From the human T2T-CHM13v2.0 reference genome, Homo sapiens, in the NCBI RefSeq assembly GCF_009914755.1, contig NC_060939.1: 64,000 bases of DNA; one strand, 5' to 3'. Position numbers and translations under genes: made by a program. This document shows, one piece after another, positions 27,600-42,948 of this stretch. Positions within the stretch are counted from its first letter, which is position 1, and each line of letters starts with the position of its first letter. A model generated the notes under the pieces. That model worked only from the letters and a program-made list of their open reading frames with translations. It had not been told where the DNA came from and made no database searches.

Positions 27600-30500
27600 A
27601 TGCACTGCTCAGCTCCCCATTCCAGGAAGGATCCACCCACCTGCAGGGAGAGTGGTCAGCACACAGCCTGCATGATCAGCTCCTTCGGGGTCTACCTCTG
27701 CTGCGGAGTCCCCATTGACCCAAACATGCTTTCCTGTGAAGCTCTCACCTGGTGACTAAGTGAGTGGGGGTACAAAGGCCTGGCCTTTCTGGTCCAAAAG
27801 GATGCAACTCTAATAGCCACTACTTGCTCCAGAGCACCCCATAAGATTGGCAAAATTTTTTTGAGGCTGCATTACAATTTTATCACTCCTTCTGCCCCCA
27901 TTTCACTGGAACACCCAGTAGAGGATTAGATTCCATAGGAAGACCAAGTGAACACAGTATTTACCAAATCCATAAGGATTATGCCCCACGTCACCAAGTC
28001 CATCTGCAGGCTGGAGGTGATGGCAGAAGAGGCTGCTACAGAACTTGGCTTGCTGACTGCAATGGGGATGATTAGATCCTGAAACAATAGAGGAAGTGGG
28101 GCAAGACTGCCCAAAGCCAAGGAATTGCAATTATTGTAATGACCAGCAGGGACAGAGTGGCAGTTAAGGGACTATGACCCATAATAGACTGTGGAGTTCT
28201 GAGGGATCTAATAGATGGGCAGCCGATAAGGGCACTGCCCAGCTTATAGCAGCAGAAGAAATTGAGACTAGGTGACCAGTAGGCTGATAGAAGTTGCCCC
28301 AATAAAATGTCATAGCCCTTTGCTTAGTTTCTGGACCCAAGTCAAATTTCAGACTGAAAATTCATTGACTGAACAGGTGGCTAGGTCCCCAAAAGGAAGG
28401 ACCTTACAACATTCTGGCAAGTGTACACACCCAAGAATCATCCAGTCCTTTCACAAAAGGATTTATAGACATTTACTGTGGTAGCTGTATAAAGGAAGGG
28501 GAAGGATCAGAGAGTTCCAGGATTGTTAGTCACAGCTGACATTGATACCCAGAGACCCAAAACACCATCAAGGCTCTGCTGTTAGAATGGGGAGAAAGGG
28601 GGTTATGAAATAAGAGGTTCTCTGCCCCAGGTCCAGCTTACAGCAGGTCCACTGGATCCATGGACCCACACTGTGACCATTTCCCCAGTGCCCAAGGGTA
28701 TGATTGGGATCGACACGCTTGGCAGTACATGTAACAGCCCCATTGGGACCTTGGCTTGTGGAGTGACAGTCAAATGGAAAGGCCATTTGTGGAAAGGCCA
28801 AATGGAATCCTCTGCAATTACCTCACTCTAGCTTAGACAGTAAATCGAAAACACTAATGTATCCCTGGAAAGATAGCAAAGATAACTGCTGCCCTCAGGG
28901 TTCTGAAGGAGGCAGAGGTGGTCCCTTTCATGTCTCCATGTAACTCAAGGGGATAGCCCCTGCAGAAAGCACTTGGCTCCTAGAGCAGACTAGAGACTAC
29001 TGCAGGCTCAGCCCAGTTATAACCCTGACTGACTGTAGCTGTCGTTTCTTTGTTAGAACATACGAAGACAGCTTCACGTATATAGTATGTGGTCATTTAT
29101 TTGGCAAATGTGTTATTTCTATCCCTCTCAGAAAAGAGGATCATAAATAGTTTGCATTCACGTGGAATAGACAACAATATCCATTTACAATTTTGTCCCA
29201 GAGATACGTTAACTCTCCCAACCTGTCATGACATAATCGCAAGAGACCTGGACCATCTGGACATCCTATATAATATCACCCTGGTTCTCATTACGTCAGT
29301 GGTGTTATATTGGGACAGATAAGGAAGAGGAGGGCAACCACGCATACACTCCAGAGGACTGGAGATGAACAATACAAGGACTCAGGGGCTGCCATGCTCT
29401 TACTATTTTTAGGGCCCAGTGGACAGAGGTATGCTGGGACATTTCCTCCAAAGTGAATGAATTATTGTAACTTGTACCTCCCATTGTGAAAACAGAAACC
29501 TGACACCTGATAGGTTCCCTTTAGGTTCTGTTCTGCAAATAAGTCAGGGGAGTGGGCCCATGACCATGAGACGCCCTAGTTCTATGTACCTTGCCATCAC
29601 GAAGCTGCCAGCTAATAGAGAACTGGAATGACCTGCTGAGCCCTGCTGAGTGCAATACTGCAAGGATAGTGTACCGTCCTCCAGAGTGTAATATATGCAC
29701 AAATCAAATGTTATTATATGGAGCTGTGTCCCCAAGAGGAAGAATACAGGAACCAAGGTGTGAAAGCAGGGGTGGCCCCACTTACCACTGACTCCTAATG
29801 ACACACTAGTGGACTCTGTACGTCCCACCCCTACAACTCTGGGCCCTGCAGGGCTAGAGGTCCTGGTCCCCAGAGGGTGCATGCTTTCTCGGGGAGACAC
29901 CGTAGAAGTCCCATTGAATAATATGATGTGGTTGCTACCTGGGCACTTTCATTTCTTTGTGTTGAGAGACCAGTAGGCAAGAAGAACAGTCACTTTGTTG
30001 GCAGGGTTAGATGACCCTGATCATCAGGAGGAGGTGGCTGGTATTAAAAATGAGGGTATGAGGAGTGAGTGTGGAATCCAGGTGATCCACTGGGTCCATC
30101 TTCATCATTATGATTGTACATGTACAAGTGCAACAACCGCAGCTGGAGAGCATGTGACTAGGGAGCGCAGACTCTCTGGGGATGAGGGTCTAGTTCCACC
30201 ACCAGGAAAGCCACCAAGACCAGTAGCGAGGGTAAGTGAAGGTGAGGGGATTCTAGATTGTACAGTGGAGAAGGGAAGCTGCATATCGTTTTGTGGCCTG
30301 GAGCCCAACTGCTGAGGCTGGGGCTGTATCTTATCCTGCTCACGTGCCTCTTCTAGGTTTCTGAGCAAGAGAGGCCACCAGAATCCTGGACAAGCCACTT
30401 CCTGAGTGAGTACGGAGCAGGGGTCCTGAGAAGCACAAGAAGTAGGCTGGTGGACATGGGGGTGCACTGCCCAGACCCTCTTCAAAAAAGGGCTGCCTGC

Positions 30501-30855
30501 CAATCATAGGGAGAATGGCAGGCAGACAGCCTGCTGCCCCCAGCATCTTCAGGGTTTTCCCCAGCTGTGGAAGGTGACTTGTCTTTCCCAGAACAATCCA
30601 CATCTGGGGACCAGGTGTGATGAGAGTCAACAGGCCTGGCCATTTCTGCCCAGCAGGGCACAACTCTGATGGACCCTCCTCCACCCACAGCCCCCTGCTG
30701 GGTTGACCAGGCATTGCTGAGCCTGCAGTGGGTTCAGTTTCTCCCTCTCCTCATCCAGGCTTCATCTCCTTCCTTCCATAGGTGTTCTCCCTAATATGAG
30801 TTTGTACCTCAAATTCTGTTTCAAGGTTTGCCTCTACAGAACCCAACTTGTAACC
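27600..30855 (+). mobile_element. Internally deleted ERVL provirus (LTR16-type LTRs, HERV16/ERV3-16A3-like internal region)
   Basis: Two related LTR16-like segments (~27600-27920, ~30410-30855) share caaaggcctggcc(t/a)tttctg..caactct. RT remnants at ~29090-29290 (frameshifted LAN.., FAFTW, F..L.Q.YVNSP, CH.II.RDL). ERVL-type dUTPase remnant at ~29850-30030 (LVP..G, GDT, LPGHF, D.DHQEE). Confidence 0.75.
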
Positions 30856-30900
30856 AGATTTATACTGAAAATTGAGTGGGGAAGTTTAGCCTTGGGCCCT

Positions 30901-31258
30901 ACCTTAGTCTGCTTGGGCTGCTATAACAAATATACCATGGACTGGATGGCTTAAACAGCCCATGCTGATTTCTCACAGTTGTGGGGCAGGAAGTCTGAGA
31001 CTAAGGCACCAACAGATTAGGTGTCTGATGAGGGTGCGCCTTCCTGGTCCATGGGTGGTGACTTCTAGCCATGTCCTCACACGGTGAAAGGGGTGAGCTC
31101 TCTGGGTCCTCTTTTATAGGGGCACTACTCCCACTCATGAGGGTTCCCCCTCATGATGTAATCACTTACAGAAGGCCCCGCCTTCTAATACCATCACCTT
31201 GTAGGTTAGGATTTCAACAAATGAATTTTGTGGGGACACCAAGAGTCAGCCCATAACA
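30901..31258 (-). mobile_element. MaLR LTR (MLT1A/MST-like)
   Basis: cttagtc..gggctgctataacaaa..tggcttaaac..taataccatcacct..ggatttcaaca..cataaca. Confidence 0.85.
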
Positions 31259-34200
31259 GGCACTGTATGGCTGTACTGATAAGGGGAGCAGGCCTGAGGA
31301 AAGCCAATAAGAGACTTTTCCCCCATCCTCCCTCACTAAAACCAATACATGCTGAGACCAAGAAACATCAAAGGAGGAAATTAAATTTTGGGAGTAAGGG
31401 GGGTATTCACATTGGAGTATTAAGCAGGAGACCACACCCTCAGCAGGGCATGATGTCACTTCTTTTGCTTCCCATCAAAGTTCTGGAAATAATTTGTGGT
31501 AGTGGGGAATGGCTAAGGACGAGATGCCTGTGAACTTTCTGGAACTGGGCAGAGGAAGCAATCACAGACGTAAGATTGCCTCTGCCTCCTGCATCACCCT
31601 GGAGCTGGCTCTTCCATTGCCCCTGTGTGGGCTCCGCACAGGCCACGGGAAAAAGCAGCAGCCCCAACCTCTGGCCACTTTGGCCACCACCCCCTCTTTG
31701 AAGCAAATATTTGTGAAAAAAAAAATGTTGTCTATTCCGACCTTGAAGGGTGACTCAATCAATTCAGCGGACCAAGAAATCAACTAATTTCACTCTTTTT
31801 GTTAGTTTTTTAAAACCCACTTAATAGCTATTGCTTGACTCTGATGGAGAAGCAGTCTAAGAGCTTCCTGTGTCTCTAGCGAAAATTGCCGTAACTTTCT
31901 GAAAATAATTTATGAAAAATTGACTATATCAGTTATGCATAAGCTTTCCTATGATTCTACATTTACCCAAACTTGCACAAACATTCTTTCTTTATCTTCA
32001 CAACTCTCTTACAGAAGGGGAGAAAATTATCCTTTAAAGATCTAGAAGCTCACAGGGCTTAAGTGACTTTTAAGATCAGGAAAGCCAAGAGTAACAGAGC
32101 ACAACTAATTTCACCATGGCCAGAGACGAGAAATGGAGAATGTCATAATCCCAGCTACCAGCAAGGTTCCCTAAGGATCTTCTTGTAAAGTTTGTTTCAT
32201 TTTTATCTTGCCTGCAAATGAAAAATTATCCACACAGCATAGTAATCTGAAAAGAGACACTGAAATAATAGAATATTTTAGTTGTATGCATGCTGACATT
32301 TGGTAACTGTTAATTAGCTAAAGCTATAAATAAATGAGATGTCATCAAGGTGTCAGAATGCAAGAAGGATCATTCTTACATGTGTAGTCTTTAGCATAAA
32401 AAAAAAACATTATTGGCACCTCAGCCCATCACTACCTTTTAGCAGCTAAAATGAAGCTTGCCTGTAGCCCTGCATAACCTGGGAGCTGGGACAGCCAGGA
32501 TCCAGTTTGACACGTGGCTCATGGGAACAGAGAGGAGAGGGAGAGGCTGTTTGCTGAGCAGCTACTATATGCCAGGTGCTGGGCACCCTGCAGTGTGCAT
32601 TATACACATTTTTGACAATCTTGACAATGACCCTGCCACCAAAATCCTGTGTTTCTCGAATTACAGAGCTGAACCTCAGAGAGGAAGGAGGTAGCTAAAG
32701 ATCACTGTTGCCAGTTTCTCCTCCATAAACTCACCTTGAACTCCACTGATGGGCATATGTTTCTAAGACAGAGTTCTGTTCATCAAACCACTCATTTCAT
32801 AGCACCATACTCATCAATGAACACCTTCCGATTTTCCGTGGCACTGGCCTGGCATTAATCTGCTATTCAGGGCCTTAGTGCTGATTTCCTGTAAACCTCC
32901 ACTATTTTGCGCCTACTCCAATTTTTGCATGCTTTTCCTCCCCACTGGGATGTCCTTTCCTCCTCATTTTTGCTTGGTCAAAGTGTTTACACCCTTCAAG
33001 GCCAAATTCAAAGACTACCCCCCTCCTTCACCTGTCCCAGTAGCATTTATCTATCCCACAGGTTTTTTTCTCCTTCAAGTGTTGGCCCCAGGGTTCCTTC
33101 CTTGGTGAGACCCACCCTGACTCTCCCAGGAAAATTCAGATATTCCTTCCTCTGGGCTCTCACACACTTCACCCCTAGTTCCATTGTGGCACACCATGTA
33201 ACCTGCCCAGATACAAATGGAAGCAAATGGCAACATGATAGTATCTTGCAATGGTGAGCCTTAACTCTTGCTTTCTTTTTCCACCAGGTACCACAATCTT
33301 AATTCTAAGCATATGTTCAGGCAAGCCATCTGTTTACAACACCATTTGGGTCATGTTTTACAGTCAGAACTTAATGAAAAAGACAACAAAATGTGTGAAC
33401 ATCCTACAAAAAAATAGGCATAGCATAGATATTAAAACAGGAAGAAAGCTGCTAAGGATGGTCTGTTAGAGAGCATGAGCTGTAGCATTATGCTGCTATT
33501 CCCATGGTATACAAACAGGGATCAAATGCTCAGTCTGACTTGGTTATGGTGGGAGCCCAGAGTCAGCTTAGCTGGAGACATCCCTAGGCCGGGCCAGTCT
33601 GATTCTCTTGTGAGCCCCGCAGTGTTCTCCTCCCATGCGATCTCACCTGCACTCGTGCTTCTGATTTTTGCCCTAGAACTCTGATTTTTTTTTTCCAGTA
33701 TTAAGACTTCTTCACCTAAATCCAGTTAGGTTTACTACTATTATAAATAAGCTTCACATTAAGGCATCTGCCATTACCTATGAAAAAGATTTGGATTCAA
33801 AACAAAGGAATATACACTGTACAACTTTTTTTCTTTCATTCTGATGTCATTACAGATATTATCGGTTTTAAATGTTAAGTTTCGTATGGCAATATATATC
33901 TTTAAACATATTTCCTGATTATAGTTCAAATGTTTCTCTATGATATTTTGATATCTTAAGGTATATATTTAAAGTATATACTTCAATAATGAGGAAACAG
34001 ACAAAAGCAAATCAACATGGATAGCAAAGGACTAAATATGAGACATTACAAGCTCTGAAAAAAAATACTCGCGACTATGAGCAGATCTTGGTCAAGTCAT
34101 TTAACTTCCCTGAGGCTCATTCTTCCCATGTGTAATATTTCAATAGCAGTTGCTCTGTCAAGCTGTTTGAGATCAAATGAGATGATGTAAAAACACATGG

Positions 34201-35534
34201 CAAACTGTGAAGCAATGCAAAAAATAAATGGTATTATCATAGGCCAAAAGATCTCAAGTTTCTGATGGTCTCTATAACAAATAAAGTTATGGCCTGCTCC
34301 TTTTGCATTCACTTGAGAACTCCCAGTTTTGGTCAATTAGATTGTTATGGACAGAATGGAGCCAAAATTTATGCAAAGAGAATATCCCTAAGTTTTAGCA
34401 TCCAGAATTGTATAGTTTGTTGTGAGTGGGAAACAACTGCTTGAAGGGGTATACAGAATACCAAATAATGAACTAGTATATTAAAAATCCAGTATTTCAG
34501 TAATAAGACTTCTTTATCCAAAGACAGGTTTAACTCTAACTAGGCTTAGGCTACCTCTTGATATTTACTAAAAATAAATAGGGGCAGACTTCTCAAAAAC
34601 CCTGGTTCCCGGCCTTTCCTCAGTCTCTTCTAGAGAGACTTCCATTCCCTCACCATTGGCTATCACATAGCATAGTAACATTAAAAGGACTATCTCTTAT
34701 AACAGCTCAAAAGAGTTTTAAAAGCATAAAGAAGCATGATATTTAAGCCTTAGTCTGTATTCACGCTTTGCTCCAAATGCAAACAGTATCTCGCATCTTT
34801 CTTTATAAAGTCCTAAAACAGCTACATAATGCTGCAGCACGCATTCTCTGTGGCCAGGCAACCTTTTGCAGCTGTTTTAATAGCCTGCTAAACCAATGAG
34901 AAGGCTCTTTCAGCCCCTTAATAGGAAAAGTCATTTCTTGCTTATGGTCAGCACTAACATTGATTCCCAATTGCTCAGCCCAAGGCCTACCTATAGAACA
35001 CCATTAACCATTCTTCAGACTAGAGTGGTCAGGACACTAAAGTTTAACCATTTCATATCCATGTTCTCTGGGTAACTGTAGCAATCACTTTGTATTTCAG
35101 TCCATCTGTGTACATGTCTATCTCCCCCTAGAGATGGTAAGCTCTTAAGAACACTCAGTGAGGACTTTCCATCTTCATATTCTCAGCACCGGCACACAGC
35201 CTGGCACAGAATAGATGCTTACAGATTGTTGTGTAAATGAAGAGATTATTTGTATCCAACATACTTCATCAGATTTCATCTTTAGATCTCACTTCCAGCT
35301 CAGTACCTGCACAGGTAGACTAGAGAACTCAAATCCAAATGCCTGCTGGGACCAAGGAGGCGGCCTCAATGAAAGAAGACAACCTAGAGTCGTGGGATGC
35401 AGAGATCAGGAGATCACCTGCCCATCTAAAGAGAGCAGCTCCTTAGGCCCTCATGATTACTGGCATGTAAGAACACAGGCCAATTGTGGCTAGACCCTCT
35501 GATTGTTCAAAAGAATCTAGAAAATGTGATTCTC

Positions 35535-35844
<310 letters not shown>

Positions 35845-38072
35845 TCACTTGAAGTTTCCCTGCACAGGTCAAACAATACAGACCTGTAGCTTAAATCCTC
35901 TTACCGGTCTGCTCTGTGCATCGCTTCTACTAGATATTCAGTGACCGGTTAAGTAGCTAAGAGGTAAGTCAGGACTTACTCAGATAAGTTCCATTCTGGT
36001 GGAAAGTGTGACTTGGCCCTGGGACCCCCATAACACATTGTCGCATTTCCAAAGAGTTAGCCCTGATTTTAGAAACAGGGATCCTAGGGTCTTCACATTC
36101 CTCTTTTTGTCTGTTGTGGTCTATAAAGGGTTTCAAATTATTGCTCTACAGGCTCTAAGACCTGGGCTCCTGTTCCCTTTAAGACTAGCTTTGGCTTTAC
36201 AAACTAGCAAGCTGTATTTTAAAGCTGGTCCCTGAAGTTAAGTGTATACTGCATTAGAACATATGTCTTATTGATTTGTGGAGCCTTCATTCCAGTGAAT
36301 TATCTCTTGCTCATTATCAACCAACGACCTTGTTTGTGCATTTGGCAAAAGCAAGGGGAAGAGGAGGATGTGGACTCATTCTTGGCAAGCAGATGCCTTA
36401 AAGGACCCCACCCGGCACCCCCTTGCTCTGAGACATAAAATACCTTTTGTATTAAAGCACAGAGCAGACCTCTTCATCTCGAGACCATTCCCAAGGAATC
36501 AGAAGCCATTGATGTGTATCAGGACTTTAAATTGTTTTTTCAATGTGCCTTAAATTGCAATTATCTGCATGAAATTCATTAGCCATTGTATGACCTAATT
36601 ATCCCATGTTGGCAGAGATTTCAGAATTTACGAAGCTTCCCTTCCTGAGCAACATAATTTTGCAGGAGCCACACCTCTGTCTCCATGCTCTTGCCAATGC
36701 TTCAAGGTGGCAGGCGTGCTGAGTCACAGCAGGATAGTCTTTGAAGCCCAGGGACACACTTGGCCTGGACAGGGGAGGTGATGATGAAGAAAAGAAAGCC
36801 TGTTGCCCAATAAACATCAAAGGGTGGGTTGCACCATCCTGCTCTTGCCTACAGATTTGACCCAGGCTTCAGGATCCTCCTTCCCTGGACTTCTGACTCA
36901 ATGAAGCCCAGCTACTGCTCCAGTGGCCCCATGTGCTCTGAGGAACCCAGAGGTCCCAGTCTACCATCTGTGTTCCGTAATTATCTGAAGATGGGATGAG
37001 TCCTCTTAGAATTCCTAATCCCCCATTGTAACAGGAGGGGCTGTGCCCAATGATGGCACAGAATCACAGAATGTGTGGACCTCTAGAACCATGGGGAACA
37101 CCTGGTCCAACTCATTTCTTTTCTACATGGAAAGACTGAGGGCCAGAGAATTTAAGTTTCTCACCCATCTGGGAAGAGAGAGTGCTATGTCTCAAGTTGA
37201 GGCCCAGGACTCCAGGTTTGGTACTTGTCCTCCACCTTCTAGGTGCAACACTTGGAGATCTGTCTCTGGGTAATTCAGGAGGGCACTTCCTGCAGTGAGA
37301 TTGAGGCATATCTTCCAAATAAGGCTGGTTGGGAGAAGGAGGCTCCTAGAGTCATTTGTTCCTTTGCTGCTGTATTCTACAGATGTCTATGCATGCCTGC
37401 TGCAGGTCAGGCTGTGTGTTCCCAGTGATCAGGAAAACAGAGTCCATATTCCCATGGAGTTTACAGATCAGTGGGGGAGACAGTATTAAAATAATTACAT
37501 AAATGAACACACAATTATCCACTTGTGAAAGGAAGGGAGGAAGGAAGGAGAAGGAAGAAAGGGAACACAAAGTGTTATGAGTATAATATAGAATAATGGG
37601 AATCAGGAATGACTCCATCGCACAGATGGAGCAAAAATTGTGATCTGAAGAAAGCTAGCAGCAACTAGACCTAGAGGAGGGAAAGAAAACATCTACACAG
37701 AGGCACGGGGGTGGGGTTCATGCTCTGTGGATGCTCAGAGTGAGTGGATTTCCAGGATTGATGCCAACTGATGTGAGGAACAGCGTGAACAACTGAAATA
37801 ACGTTTCACACTCTGCAAAGAAGCAAGACCAGATTCCACTTAAAGGAACTAGAATCTGAATTTACTAGGAGGCAGTGACAGAAGGAAAAGCACGTGATTT
37901 GGAATCAGAAAGATTTTGGTTTCAATTCTAGCTTCATCAATTACAAGCTGTTGACCTGAGCAAGCCACTTCAAGGTTCAATTTCCTCATTCACGACACTA
38001 CAGTAAAAATACCACATAGGGTTGTTGTCAGGGATTAAACATTTTGTACAGCTCTTGGCACAGAGTAAGTGC

Positions 38073-38445
38073 TTGAATTCGTTTTCTAGGGCTGCCATGG
38101 CAAAATATCACTTACTGGGTGGCTTAAGCAACAGAAATTTATTTTCTCCTGGTTCTGGAGGTTGGAAGGCCAAGATCAAGGTGACAGCAGGGTGGTTTCT
38201 GGTGAGCCTCTCTTCCTGGCTTAATAGACAGTGCCCTTCTTGCTGTGGGTCTTTCTCAGTCCACACACACTCCTGGCGTCTCTTCTTCTTCTTATATGGA
38301 CAGCAGTCATGCTGGATTAGGGCCCACTCTTAGGACCTCACTGCACCTCTATTACATCTTTAAGGCCCTATCCCCAAATACAGTTACACTGGGGGTTAGG
38401 GATTCAGCCTGTGAATTTTAAGGCGACATGATCCAGTCGGTAACA
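38073..38445 (-). mobile_element. MaLR LTR (MLT1B-like) inserted at the end of a MIR (~37865-38072)
   Basis: agggctgcc..gggtggcttaagcaacagaaatttatt..ggattagggcccac..taaca. Confidence 0.85.
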
Positions 38446-39144
38446 GTGCTGAATAGAAGTCATCATTTCTTTCTTCAATTTTTCTCTACCAAATGTAAAA
38501 GCAATGATAGAAGAAAATGGAGTGATGCTTTTACAATACTTTAAGAATTAGGATGTTCTCCGAGAGTGCTTCTTAGTGAGTTACTTCTTAGTGAGGTCTA
38601 CAGTATTTCACTTTACAACCATCCACCCTTAAGTGATAAACCTCACAGGAACCCACTCTGTGGTGAACACTCTCAAAAATAAAGAGGAAAGCGGGAAATT
38701 GGAAATGGAAAAACACCTGGGGATGCCTATGTGACCATCTGCTCACTTTAAAAAGTCATCAATGTCAAGAAGAATGTCAAGGATAAGGTAATAATAGAAC
38801 AGGAGAAAATAGAATTAACTGTTGAGAATTGATTTTATTAACTAAAGCTGTGGCTCAAAAACAAGCTACAAATAACCAGAACTAAAAAGGATGGGAAAAG
38901 ATAAAGTGGGATCAAAACTCAAATTGTATCAATGAAGAATGGGAGGGGAAAGAAGGAAGAAGGAAAAGTAGCAAAACCTCTAATATCTCTCAGCAGTTAT
39001 GAAGGAGGGTTAAAAGTTGTCTTTGTCTGGAAAGTTTAAAAATGAGGATTATAGCTTTAAGAATGTTAGTGGAGTGTCTCATAAATTGATCATAAATATT
39101 TTTATTTTAAAATTAGAGAGTAACCTCTTAAAAATACGTCTTTA

Positions 39145-39443
<299 letters not shown>

Positions 39444-40882
39444 TCTTTAGACAGAAAACAAAGTAAAACATAGTCATTTATTGAACTATACATCAAAAAT
39501 CAAAAGAGACGACAGAGGACAAGAAGACATAAAGTGAAGTGACAGCATGGTGGTTATGAAAATGGATATAAGTGGCCTGTCCCAAGCTATGTAAAGATTA
39601 TAATTTTTAAAAGTTAGTGTTAAGTTGTCCATAAGATCTGCTTCTGCTTCAGTGGCAGAAGGGTAATAAAAGTTTAGAAATGAATTATTGGACCCAAATA
39701 TGCCAGCTGAATTCAAATCAAAGAACAGCAGGATTAATTCTGGACAGCATAGTGCTTAAAAGTAAAAACTTTACATAAGATTTGCAAGTGTATAAAGCAA
39801 AAACTGTAAAAATACATAAGAAATCAAACAAAAACATGCTTGGGTATAAGAATATAATTTACTGTTATCAGGCTATTACAGACCCAAGTATTTAGAAATG
39901 AGGAGCTAGAAAAAAATAGATGACACAATAAAAACAGTACATCTACTAGACTTATTTCAAATCTTGTAATGCAAAAATATGGATTACTTTTTCTTTTAAA
40001 GTATATGTAGTCGGTCTGTAAGCAAAAAATCATCATATGCTAAATCATAAAGAAAACACTGGTGAGTACCTTATGGCAGAATTTTTACAGCTAATATTTT
40101 CAGATCAAAATGCAATGAACTAAACATTCATAATATATGTTAAAGAGAAAAAAACTCAAATATATAGAAACTAAAAATAACATCCTACACGCTACTGTGT
40201 GTAAAACACGAGAGAAAGAGAGTGAGGCAATGAAAGCAAGAAGTGAGAATGAACTGAAAACAAATCCCATCTGGAGAAAATAGAAGAAATGAAATAATAC
40301 CAGCAAAAAATGGAAACGAGAAATAATGGAATGAGAAGGGGAAAAAAAGAAGAAGGCAGTAGAATGCAGGGACTACAAGCCCTATATCTCAGGTCAGGTG
40401 AACCTGGGTTTGCAGCTCCATTTCAACACACACAGCTCTGCAACTTTGGAACATTTAGTTCACTTCTCTGTGCCCTACTTTCTTATGTTTCCCATCTGTA
40501 AAATATAACAACTTTGTATAAGATTGTTGTAAAAATTAAATGAAAGTAAATGCCTGGTAAAGCTCACAGCACAGTGTCTGGTAAATAATGGATAAGGGCT
40601 CACTAAATCTTGAGAGGCAGAATGTGGTCACGGCTGTTGTTGTAAAAGTAGTGGTAATAGTAGTGTTACTAAAAACTAGAACTTTGAGAGGAAAACAAAA
40701 CAATAAAACAGACAAGCTCCTGGTCGATCTTTTAACAATATCTGAATCACAAAACAGACCATTAGAAAGGAGAATGAGAATCTAGCACTAAGTGGAAAGG
40801 AAAAGTGTAAGGTATGTGGCAATATTACATATAGTTATATGATAAAGAATTTACAAATTTCAAGAATAGATATTTACACATC

Positions 40883-40915
40883 TGTGTGTGTGTGTGCGCG
40901 CGCACGTGTACATGT
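40883..40915. repeat. Alternating purine-pyrimidine tract (TG)n(CG)n
   Basis: tgtgtgtgtgtgtgcgcgcgcacgtgtacatgt, 33 nt strictly alternating. Confidence 0.9.
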
Positions 40916-41428
40916 TTGTGTGGGTGTAAGCATGAGGATCACATAGCACACGTTCATATACCCCCAAAACAGGCAGAGCTAAAAGCAAAAAGAAAGCAAG
41001 GATATATGTCATTGTAATTTCTCAGTGATCCTTATGGATTTGTTGATAAACCTATCCAAATATTTAGAATACTCATAATCTCTATCCAATACCACTAATT
41101 CTTAACCAATAAAGAAAAATTTAATGCATCCTATTAATTTCAAATTTCCACACTTGCTGAAGAGATCATAAGGTCCCCAAACAAATTTCATATTGATTAA
41201 AATCTACCTTAGAAAAAAAGTTTGAAACAAATTAGAAGAATATATCTGATAATATTTTTATGGGCTGAGGGTAGGGGATAATTTCTTAAAGATAACAAGC
41301 ATAGATCATAATGAAAAATATTTTTAAATCTGACTACATCAAAATTAAAATCTTTGGTATGATAAAAAACAAAGTTAAATGAAAAGACTAGAAAATGTAC
41401 TTGTGATATCTGTAGGGACAAATAATTA

Positions 41429-41833
<405 letters not shown>

Positions 41834-42404
41834 TCAAGGAAAGGCAAATTAAACAAGGAGATAACACTTCCCACCTGACAGATTGGCAAAAAATAAATTT
41901 TAATTGTCAATATTGGTTTTGCTGAAGCTAGGGGGAAACAGGTACTCTCATCCTCTGCTGGCTGGTATTTAAATTTGAATAATAACGTTCAGAGCAAATT
42001 GACATTATCCAGGATCATTGAAAACATTCATGCTGTGACCCAGCCATTCAGTTCCAGGTCTGCACCTTGGATAATCGTGGGCACATATTCTGTAAAAAGA
42101 CACACTCACTATGGGATTGTTTAAAACAGCAAAAAGAATTGAACTGCATTTAAATAACAATAAAGAAATACATAAATAAAATGTAGTGATAAAAGTCCAA
42201 TTGTTGAATGTTCCATGCAGCATATTACTTTCAATGGAAATGTTAGGAAACACAAAAGAATGCTATAAATCTTTCATAGATTTGTATGTTTGTTTGTAAA
42301 ACCATAAAAGATAGACTGGAAGATACTATAATCAATTCATGACAATGATTCCCTCTGGACACCTGAGACAAGAATGACACTGGGGATGTAAAATAAGGGG
42401 GACT

Positions 42405-42948
42405 TCTTTTTTATTTAACTGTGAAAAAATACACATAAATGTTACCATCTTAACCACTTCTACATGCACAGTTCAGTGGCATTTAGTACCTATACGTTGT
42501 TGTGCAACCACCATCCATCTCCAGAATGCTTTCGTCTGGCAAAACTGAAACTCTGAACATATTAAGTGCTAACTTCCCATTTCACTCTCCCTCACTCCCT
42601 GGCAACCTTCATTCTTTCCGTCTCTGTGAATTTGACCAGTCTGGGTAGCTTATATGAGTGAAATTATAAATATTTATTTTTTTGTGACTGGTTTACTTCA
42701 CTTAGCATAATGTTTTCAAGGTTCATCCATGTTGTAGCATGTGTCAGAATTTGCTTCCCTTTTAAGGCTAAATAATATTCCATGGCATCGATATGCCACA
42801 TTTCATTTATCCATTCATCTGTTAGTAGACACCTGGGGTTGCTTCCACCTTTTGGCTCCTGTGAGTAATGCTGCCATAAGCATGATGTACAAATATCTTC
42901 TGAGCCCCTGTTTTTAATTCTTCTGGGTATATATCAAGAAGTAGAATT
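42405..42948 (-). mobile_element. L1MB-type 3' end
   Basis: ttaccatcttaaccac..tgtgcaaccacc..cttagcataatgttttcaaggttcatccatgttgtagc; flanks taaggggga / taaggggaa resemble a TSD. Confidence 0.85.
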
